Shown: positions 22,251-36,610, counted from the whole stretch's first letter. The stretch is DNA of 63,029 nucleotides, filler included, from Choristocarpus tenellus KU-1152 (GCA_964200185.2; 10 parts of 10 records of this genome joined end to end with filler, not necessarily neighbours in it); one strand, 5' to 3'. Translations and numbers: made by a program. Notes: a model not told the origin generated them from the sequence alone.

Positions 22251-25200
22251 GCGCTCTCGAGTCAAACTTACAATATATCCATAGAAATATGGGTACTATT
22301 TTTTGATCCTTTACAGATGATGAACTAACTTGCTTCTTTACTGGCTACCCATCTCTCGTTTTGATTTTCATTCATTACGGAAGAATGCTACAGAGCAAGT
22401 AGTGGCCCTCAATTCTTCCTGGACAATAGATGTCGTAGGGCATGAGGCCGAGCATTGTCCTAACTAGAGATGTTGGGCACGAACCTACTATAATCATAAA
22501 TAGTGCCCGACAATAGACATAGTCGAACAAACTGACTTGGGCGCCAGATGAACAACAGACGTGAAAGAGTTAGAGGAGTCTCAAATGTTGTCCTTGTAAT
22601 GTACGATGCAGGGCAAATAGATCCCCCTGCTACGTTGCTGGGGATAGTGGATGTTATCGCCACAGTACGACCCGAACGTTGTAGTTAGCGTTGGGGGTTA
22701 CTTTTTATGAGATGTGAAGATTTTCGCGAATACCTGCTGAGAGGAATCAGAAGGTGCAAGTGGAATGGCGGTATATCATTGCTCAAGAAAATTGCTCATG
22801 ACTGCGAACGGTCCTTAGGAACGTGAACCTCCTGTAGGTGCCTTTATAGATTCAGTGAGACTATTATATATATAATATTTTTCGTACTCTGTCGTGGAGC
22901 AGTGTCACATGGGACAATTCTGTATGGCAGTTTCACAAACACCTGTTTGCAATTTATGTATGCGATATCTTTTGTTCCACTATCTTGCTGAACTTAGATA
23001 TGATTTTTCTGTTCCAACTCCCAGCCATAAAGTCCCCACCCCTTCCACCGACCATGAATCAAAAATCTAAAAAATATCCAAGTCAATTGGTACAAAATAC
23101 TTTAATCATGTCCTAGGAGCCGTCTACCGCCAGCATCTCAGACCGTTGAGGCCATCATCATTCCCCACCAGATGAGTCAACTCGGTTTGTACTAGTAGAC
23201 ACTTTGATAGACATGGTACTCATTCTTGGAAATGAGATGTACGAAGTTTAAGGGGGTGAAGTTATTTTCCCGTCAATGGGATTAATTGAATGAGCACTGT
23301 TGTGTATGATGAATGACAGAGGCCAAGCGCAAGAAGCAAGGTGTCAGCACGTTGTCACTATATGCATCTCTGCAGCAACATGTGAAGGGTTTGCCAGGTG
23401 AACTCCGCCCATATGGGCAGGCTGGTATGTGAGCTACGGGGAGGCTGTTCATTCTATTATTGGTTGTTAGGTGATGTACGTTCTTGGAAGCAGTGTGTTG
23501 TTGAGTGTAGGGCGTTGTTGTTGTGGGTAGGAGGTGATGTGCAATAGGAAAAATACAGTCAGAAGCACTGACTGTCGCGCTGAGCAGGTAAACAATGTAG
23601 CTACTGCAAGATGGTTTCCTTCTATGTACCTCGCTTCATACCTGTGTCGTTAATACTTGAGGACTCATAAAAGGCCTCTCCTGTTTGTTAGAATAATACA
23701 TCATTTGGCTGCTGACGATTGGAATGGCTGGCTTCTACGTTGTCTGAATGAGCCTCAGGGAATTTGACGGGAAAATGAGGCACCCTTGAAGTTTCGACCA
23801 GGGAAACTAAGAATAAGCGTTATATATTCTTGTGTATAAAGATACTTATGTGCAGACAGGCACTACGCCAGATTCGTGCGTCTACATAGTGGAATCACTG
23901 GATGCAAGGCAACCCCACTCAATCGAAGCTATTTGCCCTGTCACCCATTTCAAATTAATGCCTCATACTACAATTGTACTCTGAGGTAGTACATACGAGG
24001 CAGAGAGAATACATCCTTGTATAATGTTCAGCCTGAAGTATAGTATTTCACGCCACGATGATGTTACCATCACACACCCATTTCTACGCTTTCATTCTCT
24101 CAATTGCAGTACACACGGCGTAGAACCTGCATGACTCCACCTCAAAATACGGCAGGAATACATTTTTATGATGATACCATCACAAACAATTCACAAACAC
24201 ATGAACCCTACGAAAGGAATTCTATCTTGGTTGCTTGCTACGGTGTGCCGTACATATTCCAATTCCTGTATCATTCCTGACAATGTGATTTGTCTGCCCC
24301 CCCTTTGACGGCACAACAGTAGAAGAAGTATTTTCAAACACTGGACGGTCGTAGGCAAGACCTTGCAGGCATGCCCAGACAGGTATCGCACAAAATTTCA
24401 ACTCGATATACTGCTATGGCTGTACAACAATATTATAGGCACTCCAGTACTTACCAGCCTCCCAGTGTGTGCTCCAAAACGACACCCCGCACCAACCGAA
24501 TAATGCACGTAGCTACTATATATTACTACAACATGTAGCTACCCACTTCCTCACACAACTGTAATGTTTACCCCCATTTAGTGCGAAGAATGGATCATAC
24601 CCCCGATGTTTGTTTGTGTTGTCCATACCCGTTTGACAGGCAGTACTTCATGCACAATAACTCGTACATGTGTCGTAGCTATTCGGCACCATCAGTCCAA
24701 CACCAAACGACCAAGAAAATACCTGGACTGGCCTCCATCACCTATGCAGATTTATACTACTGTTTGTGTCAGTATATAGAAGGAGAGGAAAGAAAGGGAT
24801 GGGAGCATCACACGATTGCCCCTTGCTGAACGTGATGAGATGGTTGGAAAGAGAAGAGTGATATTAATATGGGTGGTGAGGCTTGGTTTACTACCTGTTG
24901 CTTCTAGAAGGAATGGCTAACCCTGAACACTAACAACCGTTCCTAGTTCCTAGAATACTCCATCTAGCATACAGAAAAACGCCTCGGACACGTGGACATC
25001 AAAACCCAGAATTGAACATCTATTGAAATATCCCGCTAAGATGTGAACCACGGTCCGAAATGCTTTCGTTTACATATTACCGTGTTACATAAATCTCATT
25101 CTGCATATTACCATTTCTCTATCTCCACGTCATCCAGTGCTCAAATTCCTCCCATGTTCTCTACAACATACATATTCCTTTAACAGTTAAATTCCACAAT

Positions 25201-25320
25201 ACAATACTCAATGATCCACACAAGTACTTGCTATTGTAGTAGCGGGTGCACAACAACAACATGAGAAAGAAAGACACCGGATGAGTGTCATCGTGGAGTA
25301 GTAGAAATTGCCTGGTTGCT

Positions 25321-25580
25321 GAGTGAAAAGTATCTTAGAGAGTACGAGTTTTACCCTGTTTGTCCATTTGGTGCTTGGCTTCCCTTGTTTTTTTTTATGA
25401 AATTTTCCTAGTTCAAAATATTTCGGAGTGGGTAAAATGTGTATGTTATGAAAAGGTATGTCCGGAACAAGGATATTGACACTTCCTAACAAACATGACA
25501 GCCAAAATTATATCAAAATCGCAACATTGGATTTTGCCCCCCAAATGGACGCGGGTCTACCCTCTAAGATACTTTGGCTC
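25321..25580 (+). mobile_element. MITE family A in the palindrome spacer
   Basis: Full body and both TIRs. TSD imperfect (TGCT / TGGCT). Confidence 0.9.
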
Positions 25581-27483
25581 TGGCTACTGACACGACATAT
25601 CATTGTGGTCTTCTTGTCAAAGGAATGCCATAAGCTCATACAAATGTACCGACCCGTGAGAAGAGGGCCGCTGGCTCAGTACGTACCAGTAGGAGCATCA
25701 TTACATGTCACGTCATGTCACGTTATGTCACATCGAACAAAGCAATGGACACACATCAACAGGAAGAATGCTAGTCATGACTAGTTCATTTACATACTAG
25801 TTGTTGCTTTTGAACAACATATTACTCTAGAAGCAAAAAATATCAGGATGGGACTCAGTGCCCTTACCACCGACATGTAATAATTCGCATAGTTCAGGAG
25901 GACCAAGATGTCTCCAAGAAACGAATGAAGAGAAAGTCTTTAGCGTACGAGTACGAGTATTTCCGAGTATTCACATACTTATTTGTCTTCCTTGAGGTAT
26001 ATATTCTCCCCACACATGCCTACTTGAAATTGTCCCTAGAAGTACAATGTGCGTGTAGGGAACAAAGATGCATTCTATTAGTGGAAGTAGACAGACTCAT
26101 AGATATTGCAGACATCAAACAGGGGGCGTGATGAATGTAGACGGGGATACCACACCACTCTCTAAATAATAAATAGCTAATTTTGCTAAGCAACCAACGG
26201 TCTACTGCCTTGGGTAAGTAAGTGCTGTGACTGTGACTGCATGTGTCAAGATATTCGCTTCTGTAACTCGACCAATCTCTCTTTGATATGTGTTTTGACG
26301 AGTGACAAACTGTGGAAACGACTGATCTACAGTGTTGTCTACTCAGTCGCTGTCCGGTGGCTGTTTGCACTTCCAGTTATAGTGACACCATTGTGTCCTT
26401 TTTTCCTCTCCTCATGCCGTAGGGAAGAGTTCTACAGTTGACAGATATTGGCAAGGGAGACAGACATTTTCAACTTCGTTATCCCATATCTACTACTTCA
26501 ACGTGTGAAGTAGGGGGGGATCCCTCATCCACCTGAAATAAAACATTGTTGTGGATCCCCTCTACTGTGACGATTGCCTGATCTCCACACTCCTCGGGAT
26601 AGGAAGTATATTGACTGACCTAGAGAAAATGAGGAGGTACTTAAGAACAAGGACACACCTTTGTTGGTGTGAAGAAAAAGTCCGGAGAAGTACCTGTGCA
26701 GATCTGAAGTGTGTGTGCCGTAGGATCATCTACAGAGGTGTCCACTACCAAGAGTACGTTGTGCATAGACCTCTTTGGTTTATTGGATATACGAATTGCC
26801 ATGTGTAAGTCATATCATCATCAGAAGTCATTTGAAGGTGGGGATATCCCAGTGATAGTTCAGACCTCCATGATAGTTAGGTGTAAGTAAGCATAGATCC
26901 ACACTTTCCTATCCTTCCGATCTGCTCGATATTGTGCACCTTCCTTTCCGTGTAGATTCGACGAACAGTCACAAAGTGCTGAGAATCGCAATGTTGGGAA
27001 CTGAGTGTGAATAGAGAACAACATGAGGGCAGGCACATCCTGCCTGTAGTGACACGCAGAACAAAAATCGACAAGGGGTGGCATTGTGCGACGCATCGGA
27101 GACAGAGGAATACGAACCTTGGATTAAAGCTTACTTATTCAAACAGTCACATCTTCGCCCTTACCACCAGACCCATCGGCAGTATATCTACTTCTCTCCA
27201 CACCCTCGACATCTATGTACATCATCACATACACATCGGGCACCGGATTGCACCGAGCAACCGAAACCAATGACCTATCTCCCGACAAGAGACAGAGGAC
27301 ACATACATGGTGTGTTCGGTTGGTCGATACTAATACAAGTCTACAAAATTGTTGAGCCCGCAGAGGAGGAATCCATGTCCCTCCGTTATGAATCAAAAAA
27401 ACGTGGTGACACCCCAAGGCAATGCACACCACAAACTATAGCCTATGTCACGCGCTTGCCCCACCACTGCAAGGCAGAGTGCC

Positions 27484-28382
27484 CTACGTAAAGTGACCGA
27501 GGATGCTCTGGGCGTCCACAAGCTCCTGAACCAGCATACCCGCTACTCCGATCATCGCCAGTCGTCCGTTGTTCAGCTCCTTCGTCTGCATCACCTTCAA
27601 CTCCTCAGGAGATTCGGGCTTGAGCCCAGCAGGATCGAACCCGATGTCTCCTGGGGTGTACTCGGCCTTGAGGTTACCCGTCCCGGTGGTGGAGTCCAAC
27701 TCTCCCCAACCCTGCGTGATGGCCTGGTACTCCACGAAGGCGATGCCGGTCACGGCTGCCACCCAGAAGGCGGGGAAGCGGGCGGTGATCTCCTGGAAGT
27801 GGTCCACGGCGGGGCCGATGTAGTTGGGGCCCATAAACAGGGGGTGGAAGCTCTGCAAACAGTAGCGATTGAAGGGGAGCGTGTGGCAATCGCGGGTGAT
27901 ATGCAACGAGATCAATAAGAGTGATTCGACATGCTTCGACGGTATTGGCGATCACCACTACGGACAACACAGACTCACACTCCAGAGGACGCTATTTAAC
28001 ACTAGACACGCGGGAGGAGACTGGATGCCAGCTACACGGCACGGAGTTACAGGAGAAATAACAAGCTCACCTCAGCCACAAGGATGCCCACGGCGGCGAG
28101 CATGGCAACGCGACCATGCTTCACCTCCGCTTCACGGAACTTCTTGATCGTCTCGGGGTCGTTCTTGACCGAGAATCCAAGGGGATCCCACACAGCCCCG
28201 TCCGAGAAGGGGGCACCGGGAAGGGTTGCAACGTAGTCAGATCCTGCGCTCATCTTCAGTCCAGAAGGCGTAGCAGTGCCGCGCCCGACAGCCAGGGATC
28301 CACCAAGGGGCTGCAGGAAGGCAGAGGTCGCAGACACAGCCGCAGCTGTGGCACCAAGGAACATCTGGTTGGAGGTCTTCAT
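27484..28382 (-). CDS. LHCX: LHCX/LI818-family protein, second identical copy; exons 28382-28071 and 27852-27484
   Basis: Mirror image of 20494-21392 with an identical translation. Confidence 0.93.
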
Positions 28383-29825
28383 CTCGATTTCTGTTGGTGT
28401 TACGAGGCAAGGGTAGAAGGGAGCAGACGGCTATTGAGGAATGAAATGAGGGTTGATGGGAAGGGGGGAAGGGATGAAAGTCAAGGAACACCCATGCGAC
28501 TCAGTACATCACTTCATTGGTTAAACCACTTTGGTTTCCATTTTGATACCCCTTGATCATATTCATTTTCATCTCCACACACGATTTGGCAACCTCCAAA
28601 TGTCCCGCCCATCGGATCGTCTGATGCGATATCACTATCGTAGAATTGCAACATGTTCGTTTGTTCACTGCCCCGATACAAGACCTTGCCTTCCCCTTTC
28701 TCTCCGAACTCTGAACAGAAGGCAGCAATACACTTCTCCTTTTTCCTTGCGTTGTAATTAGATTAGGGCCGTGTCGCCTTCTGGTTTGTGCACCATATGC
28801 GCCATACCCGAGGAGGTGACACATATTCTATGGAGATATTCATATCGTAATTTGGTGCAGATGTGGCGAAGGCAACTAGCCGATAGCATGGAAGGAAGAC
28901 ATCTGTATGAGATATCGCCTATCTCGATATCAACCGGAAGAATCTTCGTTGAAAACTTTAACCAAGATTTCTCCATCGGTCAACAAGTGATCACCACAAT
29001 TTCATCATCATCATGCAAAAACACTACAGGCCACGTATGTCGACGTGTTCGCACAACCAGTCAGTAGTCAACACTACTAGTAGAGTCACACCACTACTAC
29101 AGCTTACATATATTGTAAATATATCACAGAAAGGATAATTTATGAAGTAATCTGTGTTTTGTAAGGGTGAGAGATCTCATGGGTAGTGGGATAAACCGGA
29201 TGGCACAGTGGCAAGGGAAAACAAAAAGGTAGGGGGTGTACACGAAAGGGTTCATCAGTGAAAGACCTCAAGCCAGACTGGGTATCCGAGGAGTTCATAG
29301 GGAATGTGGGATGGAGGGATTATGACTGGGCGCATGTGGACAGAAGATATCCTCCTAGTGGAAAGTAGGGGTAGAAAGACAACGAAGCGGGAAGTCTCCA
29401 TGATTCCACGTTTTTTGGCGTACACTCGCCCATTTAGGACCAAAACCCGATTTCAAGTATATACATGTGTGTACTACCAAGGGTGACCTCGCGTATTTAA
29501 CATCACAGATATTTTTTTGTCTACTACAAACAAGTCGTAGAGCTCTACATTAGCGCTTGAATCCATTATCTTGGACTCTTTGCTACGCCTTCCGCACCTT
29601 CTTGAAGCACACAACCCACAACACCCAACAACCCAAGACCTACTGTAAGGGTTTACACACGAGAAGAAGAAAAATCTGTCAAGAATCGTAAGTCGAGATA
29701 GAACCTCAGTCTCTCGACCTTCATGCCACAGAGCCCCACAACAGTAATTTCAAAACAGGTTTTTATTTTTGTCCTTTTCCTTTTACGTTTTCCTCTGAGC
29801 AGGTAGAAACCTACAAGACTAACCT

Positions 29826-30483
29826 AGACGACCAGCAAGAATGTTACACGCAACAACGGAAGAATATACTTGAAAACAAAAGCGGAAAGCTCTGTCTCTA
29901 GAGCTTCAAGACTCTGGATCTTTAGTTCGAAGATCTCTCCACAGTGTCTAGTGATTGAAAACAATGCAGCCCCTGGGCTCCATACCTTGAATTTATTCTC
30001 ACATGGCAAGCAACTCACAACACCTACTAAATACACTGCAGAACGATTATACACAATCAAACATATACATTCTGGAGGCCAATTCTTCAGTGCTGTAACT
30101 ACTATCCAATAAACACCAAAAACTAAAAAGGATGCAACCCCTCCAAGGAGAGGAGGAGATGGATGGACATACGTGTTTTTTATATTCATGTTGAGAGAGC
30201 ACACCATCATGCTGATCGTTTCAGCTAGTAGGCGATGTTCTAACTCTTCACACATGAATATTCTATCTACATCTCCATGCCGACTGGGCATGGAGAGCTT
30301 CATCTCGCCAACTACCTTACACTAAGAGAAGGTACTCTCGAGTGAGATACTTTCCACAGTCGAACAGGACCGAAAAAAAGCCTCATCCATATCTGTGTTC
30401 TACATTCTACCTACTAAACAAGCTACAGCCTTGGCGTTGTTGGGAATGAGGGTCTGGTTCTACTACCATGCCACTATCAACTC
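29826..30483 (+). pseudogene. Mirror copy of the probable Copia RT remnant
   Basis: Reverse complement of 18393-19050. Confidence 0.4.
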
Positions 30484-30583
30484 NNNNNNNNNNNNNNNNN
30501 NNNNNNNNNNNNNNNNNNNNNNNNNNNTTAATTAATTAANNNNNNNNNNNNNNNNNNNNNNNNNNNNNNNNNNNNNNNNNNNN
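30484..30583. other. Artificial contig linker
   Basis: N44-TTAATTAATTAA-N44. Confidence 0.98.
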
Positions 30584-30620
30584 TTGGAATGGGTTTGTAA
30601 GAAGTTGCATGGGTGGGACG

Positions 30621-30803
30621 CGGGGGGGGGGGGGGGGGGGGGGGGGTCCACACCTGGGTGTGGGGTGTCCATTTGGGTCAAAATAAGGAAAAGTGCATTT
30701 ACATTATCCATCCGACGTATGCAACCAAATCACCCAAAAATTGCGACATGGAAAAAATGAACCCATATGGACAGCCGCCACCCCACTCCAGATACTTTGA
30801 CCC
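30621..30803 (-). mobile_element. MITE family B, one TIR missing
   Basis: GGGTGTCCATTTGGG...CATCCGACGTATGCAACCAAATCACCC...CAGATACTTTGACCC. Confidence 0.8.
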
Positions 30804-33800
30804 TCTTTGCAAAAAGATGGTAATGAATCATGTTGATATTGATAGCATTGAGGTCTTTCGGAATAGGAACCTAATATTCTGTTGTCCTTTTCATGTCTAG
30901 AAGAATCTTGATCGTGTACTAACTCCACAAATGTTCACTGGTCAAGTGTTTGAACGGAACTTGAATCATACACATCTGTTCAGTTCCATTCAAGCACAAA
31001 ATCCCTTCGGACACACTAGTCAACACAATAAAATGGGTCAAGTGCAGTAGGACAAGAACCTTATAGTGCTCTTTATCAGCCTTAAAATACCAACAGAGAA
31101 CGCTCACACACATAACGCAGTGCTAGACTGGACCTTATTTCAACAAGGTTCCCACCAATAACAAGCTCCATACACTATGCATGAAAACATTCCAGGTCTG
31201 TTCCCTTTCACAGAACAGAATGACGAAAGAAAAATAAAATACCTAGGAAATGTCACTCTGGGTTTCACTGAGGGACTGTCAATTAAAAAAATCCTGTGCT
31301 AACGCAACACACATTATTATATAAAGTCAAGATAAAAATATATCTATAAATATTTTATGAATGCATCGAAAAATTAAAAAAAATGTATTTACCCTTTCGT
31401 TACTCAAAAACACACCACAATTGATCAGACGTACTTTTCGCAGAGTACAAAAAATGACGTGTATTGACCACATCTCGGGACCCTTCAAATGTAACTGTGT
31501 GTACCTCTCAAGTGGTTTGGTTCTTTAGCGGGCAGTGTTTTGTTGGGACTACTGGATGGAGTCTCCCGCGATGCAACTGTTGCCACACCTGTTATTGTAC
31601 TGTATCAGCATCAATAGAAGAAATCCTATTTTAGAACCATTAAAAGTATTAAAAAAACTAATAAATTAAAAAAAATGCCACGGAATTGGTTTGCCTGGTA
31701 CCAGCCAGGTAGGAGTGAGTGTGACGCCACCATGAGATGAAACCTCTTCCACCAAAAACCCAACTAGTACTAGCTTCCTCTCAAATCAGTACTACTTCAG
31801 ACAACTCAAGAAGAGCGGCGAAGATGACTGTCCTGCTTGTTGGAGCGATGAGAGGATCATCTGCGTGGGGTTGCATTCATTGCGCCTTTATCAATCAACG
31901 CGAATCTGTTGTAAATTATATCTCAACAGTCCCCGCGTGCATGGGGAAAGAACTTGGAACCCTTGCTTGCTCCTGAAGATGGTGTGTTCACAACAAGCAA
32001 TGGCACCAATTGCAAGGGAAATGGGTTTCCAGTCCCTGCTGGAGCAACGATGTCTTGATGCATAGTGCGGGGCAGTCCATGCAGCCTGGGTGTACAGACA
32101 CACGCGCTCGAGCACGCACGCACACTATACACACTATACACACTATAAATTGCAAAAGCTTGAAAAAGAACCCTTAGTAACGTATGTGACAATCTGAATG
32201 AAGGCTTGGCACGGCTCCACTATTTCACACCATTCTGGCAAAACCAAGTGCGGGTTTTCCTTTAGAATACACAAGGATATGGGATACAAGTGGGTGATTT
32301 TGTATCATAGTGTCTGTTTGGAGTGTATGTAAGTACATCTTGTGTGAGCACTCAACGCATGAATATCTTGGCAAGGGAGATAGTAGTTGTACATTGATAA
32401 TAAACTTTTCATTGATGTTGAAAATATATATCCCAACACAAGTCCCACTGCCCTGACAAACTTTACTCCACCCTTCACTCCCCCGCCCCCCATCATTCAT
32501 CTTACGTCATTATTGATCCTATCAACAACATGCTTTCTATGGGTACAGACTGTCCCTAACACTTAAAGATATCACACAATTACTCCTGAACAAGTAGTAG
32601 CCAGAATTCCACCACTCAAAATAGATCTGGTGTTCTCAAAGGGTACATGTCGTATTCACTGTGTATTACTTGTCCCACACCTTGATCCACAGCAACAACC
32701 ATGGCAAGGCGTACAAATACCCATTTTACCCATCCCAGTAGCAGCACAAGAGTCAAGAGGACGGAATGAGAGGGGAAGGGGGGGAAACCTCTTCTTGCTG
32801 CTGGGTTCTACCAACTCCTGTACTGGCGTGTATGATGTACTTCTTCTCCTAGTGGGGGGAGCCCAGACCTTGAATAGGTCAACCAACTCTAGAATGCCAC
32901 GAAAGAACACAACGCCATTTCAATATTCGGGAACATCCATAAACTGGGCACTTACAACAGCACAACAGTAGTGTTGTCCCAACACACAAAAGACATGCAC
33001 ACACACAGACATACATACATGCAAGCGCGCACGCCTCCAAACTAGACACAAAACCCACACCACACCTGACAAAAAAAGACACACTCATCAGAGGATTGGA
33101 GCGCTCGCACGCATGTGGGTTAGAGGGTAAAACCCCGACCAGGCGTTGCCAGACAACCAATGTCATACGGCCATGCACAGTATCAACGAAATAAAAAACA
33201 TTCAAACGACCACGTGCCACCATAACCTGTCCAACCTAAGTATGTAAGAATTAAAAAAACAAGATGGACCACATATATTTTTTCGCCTCCACAATACAGA
33301 TAAAACAATTCTCACCCTCTCAATTCACTCAGCCAAAGCTCTTCCTCACTGTTGGGAAACGCTCTGCCCAATCAATCTCTCCAAGGGGGGGCTATCACTC
33401 CAACCTCACAAGCTATTTTGCTACCCCATCATTCTTCACCTAATACTGTACACGCCAGGCTCAAGTACACTTGCAGAGGAGGACTCATGGGGAACCCACT
33501 CGATAAAAAAAATAAATCAAAATGACACTTCACTTATGGATAAGGCTAGGTCCACGGATGTTACCAGGGACACCTTTGGGGTTTCAAGGTTGTTAATAGT
33601 CCCCTTCCAAGAAAGAACAAAACAAAATACACATCTAAAACATGGTACACACACAACCACACCCCACCTCTCCTTCCAACATGGAATTGAAACATATACA
33701 ACACTATTGTAGAGCACGGTAGCTGAACAAAAAGCCTCCATAGTAGTAAAAAATCAAGCCGTACAAAACAAAAAAAATCTATATAAAATTCTTGTCATAT

Positions 33801-34333
33801 CCCCTCTCCCCTCTCCCCTCAACTGAAGCTCAAAACAAAATATTGAGACAAGGCAGTGTGATGGGAATATACTAGACCAGCCCTGATGAACAAACGTCAG
33901 AGATAAAAAAGACCTCCACACTCAATTTTCATTGCAGAAAACTCCCTCAGAGACTAATGATGCAACAGATAAGTCAGTCACTGTTTCACAAATCTCAATC
34001 CTGCGGTGGACACACAAAGATTGAAAGCCCGAGGCTATAAAACGACTCTCTGATTTTGAAAATCTCCTTCCACCACCCTCCCTCCCCCCCCCAAAAAAAA
34101 ACAAAAAACAAAAGAACCTTTCCCTCATTCCCCGACACATTCAGTTTGAAAGAGATACCAACAATTCAAACTTCAAGAAGGATATCTGATAAGGAAAACA
34201 CACAAAAGACATGCATAACACGAAAGTCTTCTCCTCAGCCCCCTCCCCTTGACTAGATGCTCTTCAATAATATCCACAAGGTTCTTACGCTAACGCCTTT
34301 TCCTTCAACAGTAGTTGTGAAAGTCAGCCCTCC

Positions 34334-36610
34334 TTACCACACTGCTCGAGCCACAACAGCTGCACCACCAACCCCTACCGCACCCCTCAAACTACTACCA
34401 AAGCCTCGGCCCCACTCCACACCTGTACCGCCTCCCACATCAAGGCCAACACCACCTCCCCCTCCAGCCTGCCGAGTTCTCCCCCTCCCTCCTACCCCAC
34501 TGCCTGATGAGCCCAGCCCCCCAGCCCCGCCAGGCAACCCTGCTCCTCCAACACGGTTTGGGTCAGGGGTGTACATATACTTGGAGGGGTCCAAGTTGTA
34601 CTTTGCAGCCATCCTTGCTCGCAAGTCGTTGTGTTCTGTCCGCTGCTTTGCTCTCACCTTCTCACGAGCCTCAACCTCTTCCTTCTCTCGCCTTCGCAGG
34701 CGTTCATCTTCCACCGACTCTGACAGACGGGGTTTGCCACGGAGGCATAAAGCTGCCCCCAATGCACTCACCCAAGCATCACGCTCGCCTGGAGAGCTGA
34801 CTTCGAGTCTCATCTGTCGTGGGAAAGGTACAGGTAGGCAGGAGACACCCGGGGTTTAAGGGGACAGGTGAGGAGAGGGAGGTATGTTGGCACCTGTTTG
34901 GCGAACACCTGTGTCCCAGCTTTCACTGATAGGAGCTTTGAGGGGGAGTACAGTGATTAATCGTCTGCACTATCTGACCAAGCAAGCATCCAAAACACCT
35001 GTCCCTACTTACTACTTCAACGCACAACCATATCTCCCTCAGGTGTAAAATCATCTTCCCACTTGCCAATCGTTCTTACCTCACCCTTTCCATCACTCAG
35101 TCGGATGATAAAGACAGGTGGAGTTTCCTGGTCCATTGCAACAACACTTTCCATATCTTTCAGGGGTAGAAGCTGGGAGGGTACAGCACCTGATCGACAG
35201 GGTTCCCGCTGCACTAGGACAGAGATGTCTTTGTTGGCTTGCAGATGGATGGGGGTACGAACTCTGAGCTTCTTCTGTCTGACCATCGTTGACCCCTCAA
35301 TAAGCAGTGGGGCATGGTGTTCCATGAAGAGGTTCTGGAATTGAAATATTCCAATCGAAGGGGGAAACAAGAGGGGAGGGGGGAGAGTGTGATAACATGT
35401 TGATAACGTAACCACAGTCGTGCAGCTTGATCGATCAAGAAGGGTTGAGATTCAAGACTCTGGGCCTGGAAAGTAGGAATTTTTCTGTCCTTTGAGAATG
35501 AAAATGACATGGTCTTATCTGCGAGTTATGAGAAGAATAAAAGTGAACTTCATAGTGTAATTTTGTCATGGCTGTCTCCCATAGTCCAATTCTGTGCATT
35601 AGGGAGACAATAAATTGAACGCGATCGTCATGAGTAGCTCCCCTCTTCACCGTCTGGCAGGTCACCTCTGCAGTAGCCTCTTCTGAGCAGGTTTGGCATA
35701 GGCGCACTGGCTTGTCTCCACCATACATGAGGAGTCGACCTGTGTGGGATGAGCATTTGTTGCTGCCATTACCAGCGTCCAAAGGTGCGGAAGGTTCAAA
35801 TCGGTTACGGGGCAGAGGTGGGGTGGGTCGTTCTGGGTGGCTTAATTTCCACTTCAACAGGGGGACATCAGGGCGTGCATTTGCTCTAAAATGAAGCTAA
35901 TATCGATACTGTGTGGGACCAGAAGGAGGCACGGAGATGACCAGTAAGGGGGAAAGGGAAAGGGCAACATTTGTGCGGCTCTAGCACAAGTCGAAGAGCA
36001 AGATCCAAACAAGCTCCCCAAGAAAGAGGACAAGTGACGATTTATCTTTGGGAAACAGAGACTTATGCAGAGGTTAGCTCATTCATAAGGGTAGCAACTG
36101 GGTACCATGGGACTCCAGCTTGTTAGAAAAAAGCATCTGGGTCTAGGCTTTCAATCTTTCACATTTTCTTGACCGCATCTTCCATCAGAGGAATCATTTA
36201 AACTGCTTCAGCGTGAATTACATAGCCAAAAAGAAGGTATATGTCGAACAAAGGATAAGCCGGACCCTCCCCGCTTTCGTCAACCTCCGCATTGATAAAC
36301 ATGGCACTCCCCTAAGTTAGTCAGTGGTGATACCCTTCATATCTTCCCCCATCACCTGAACTGATCCTCGAGCTCACCAGTATATATTTCTACACCTCCT
36401 GCAGTGGTGACGGCGAATCAAAAGATCGAATACACTGCCGCAGCTGAAGCAGGCGGTTTGCTCACTGTCTCCAACCCATTCTGGTTGCTCTGCAAGTGTT
36501 GTCCTTCCTTCCTCACTCAATACCCCTAACCCATTGATCTTAACATCGCGGTATTGGTATCCACTGCCTCCACTCGGTCCTGGTTTGCAGCAGATAAGGG
36601 TTTGACCCAT
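34334..36610 (-). CDS. FYVE zinc finger + PH-like domain protein, ~354 aa; exons 36610-36378, 35762-35666, 35334-35080, 34813-34334
   Basis: WVGD..CFSC..F....RRHHCRRC..YC..C....VRLCQTC is a complete FYVE once spliced. RLEVSSPGERDAWVSAL is a PH C-terminal helix. All three GT-AG introns are phase-compatible. The 3' end is uncertain because a GTAAGG donor overlaps the stop. Confidence 0.88.

Larger units (their letters stand above)
26825..30483 (-). repeat. Right arm (3659 bp) of the large inverted repeat
   Basis: The contig ends CCATGCCACTATCAACTC, the exact reverse complement of the contig start. Confidence 0.97.

Noticed and set aside
22048-26824. Transposase or other cargo gene in the palindrome spacer
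   Set aside because: Only short ORFs and no recognisable motifs; contains MITE sequence only.
32656-32910. Cys-rich minus-strand ORF as an extra FYVE-gene exon
   Set aside because: No convincing splice sites or domain; could be UTR.
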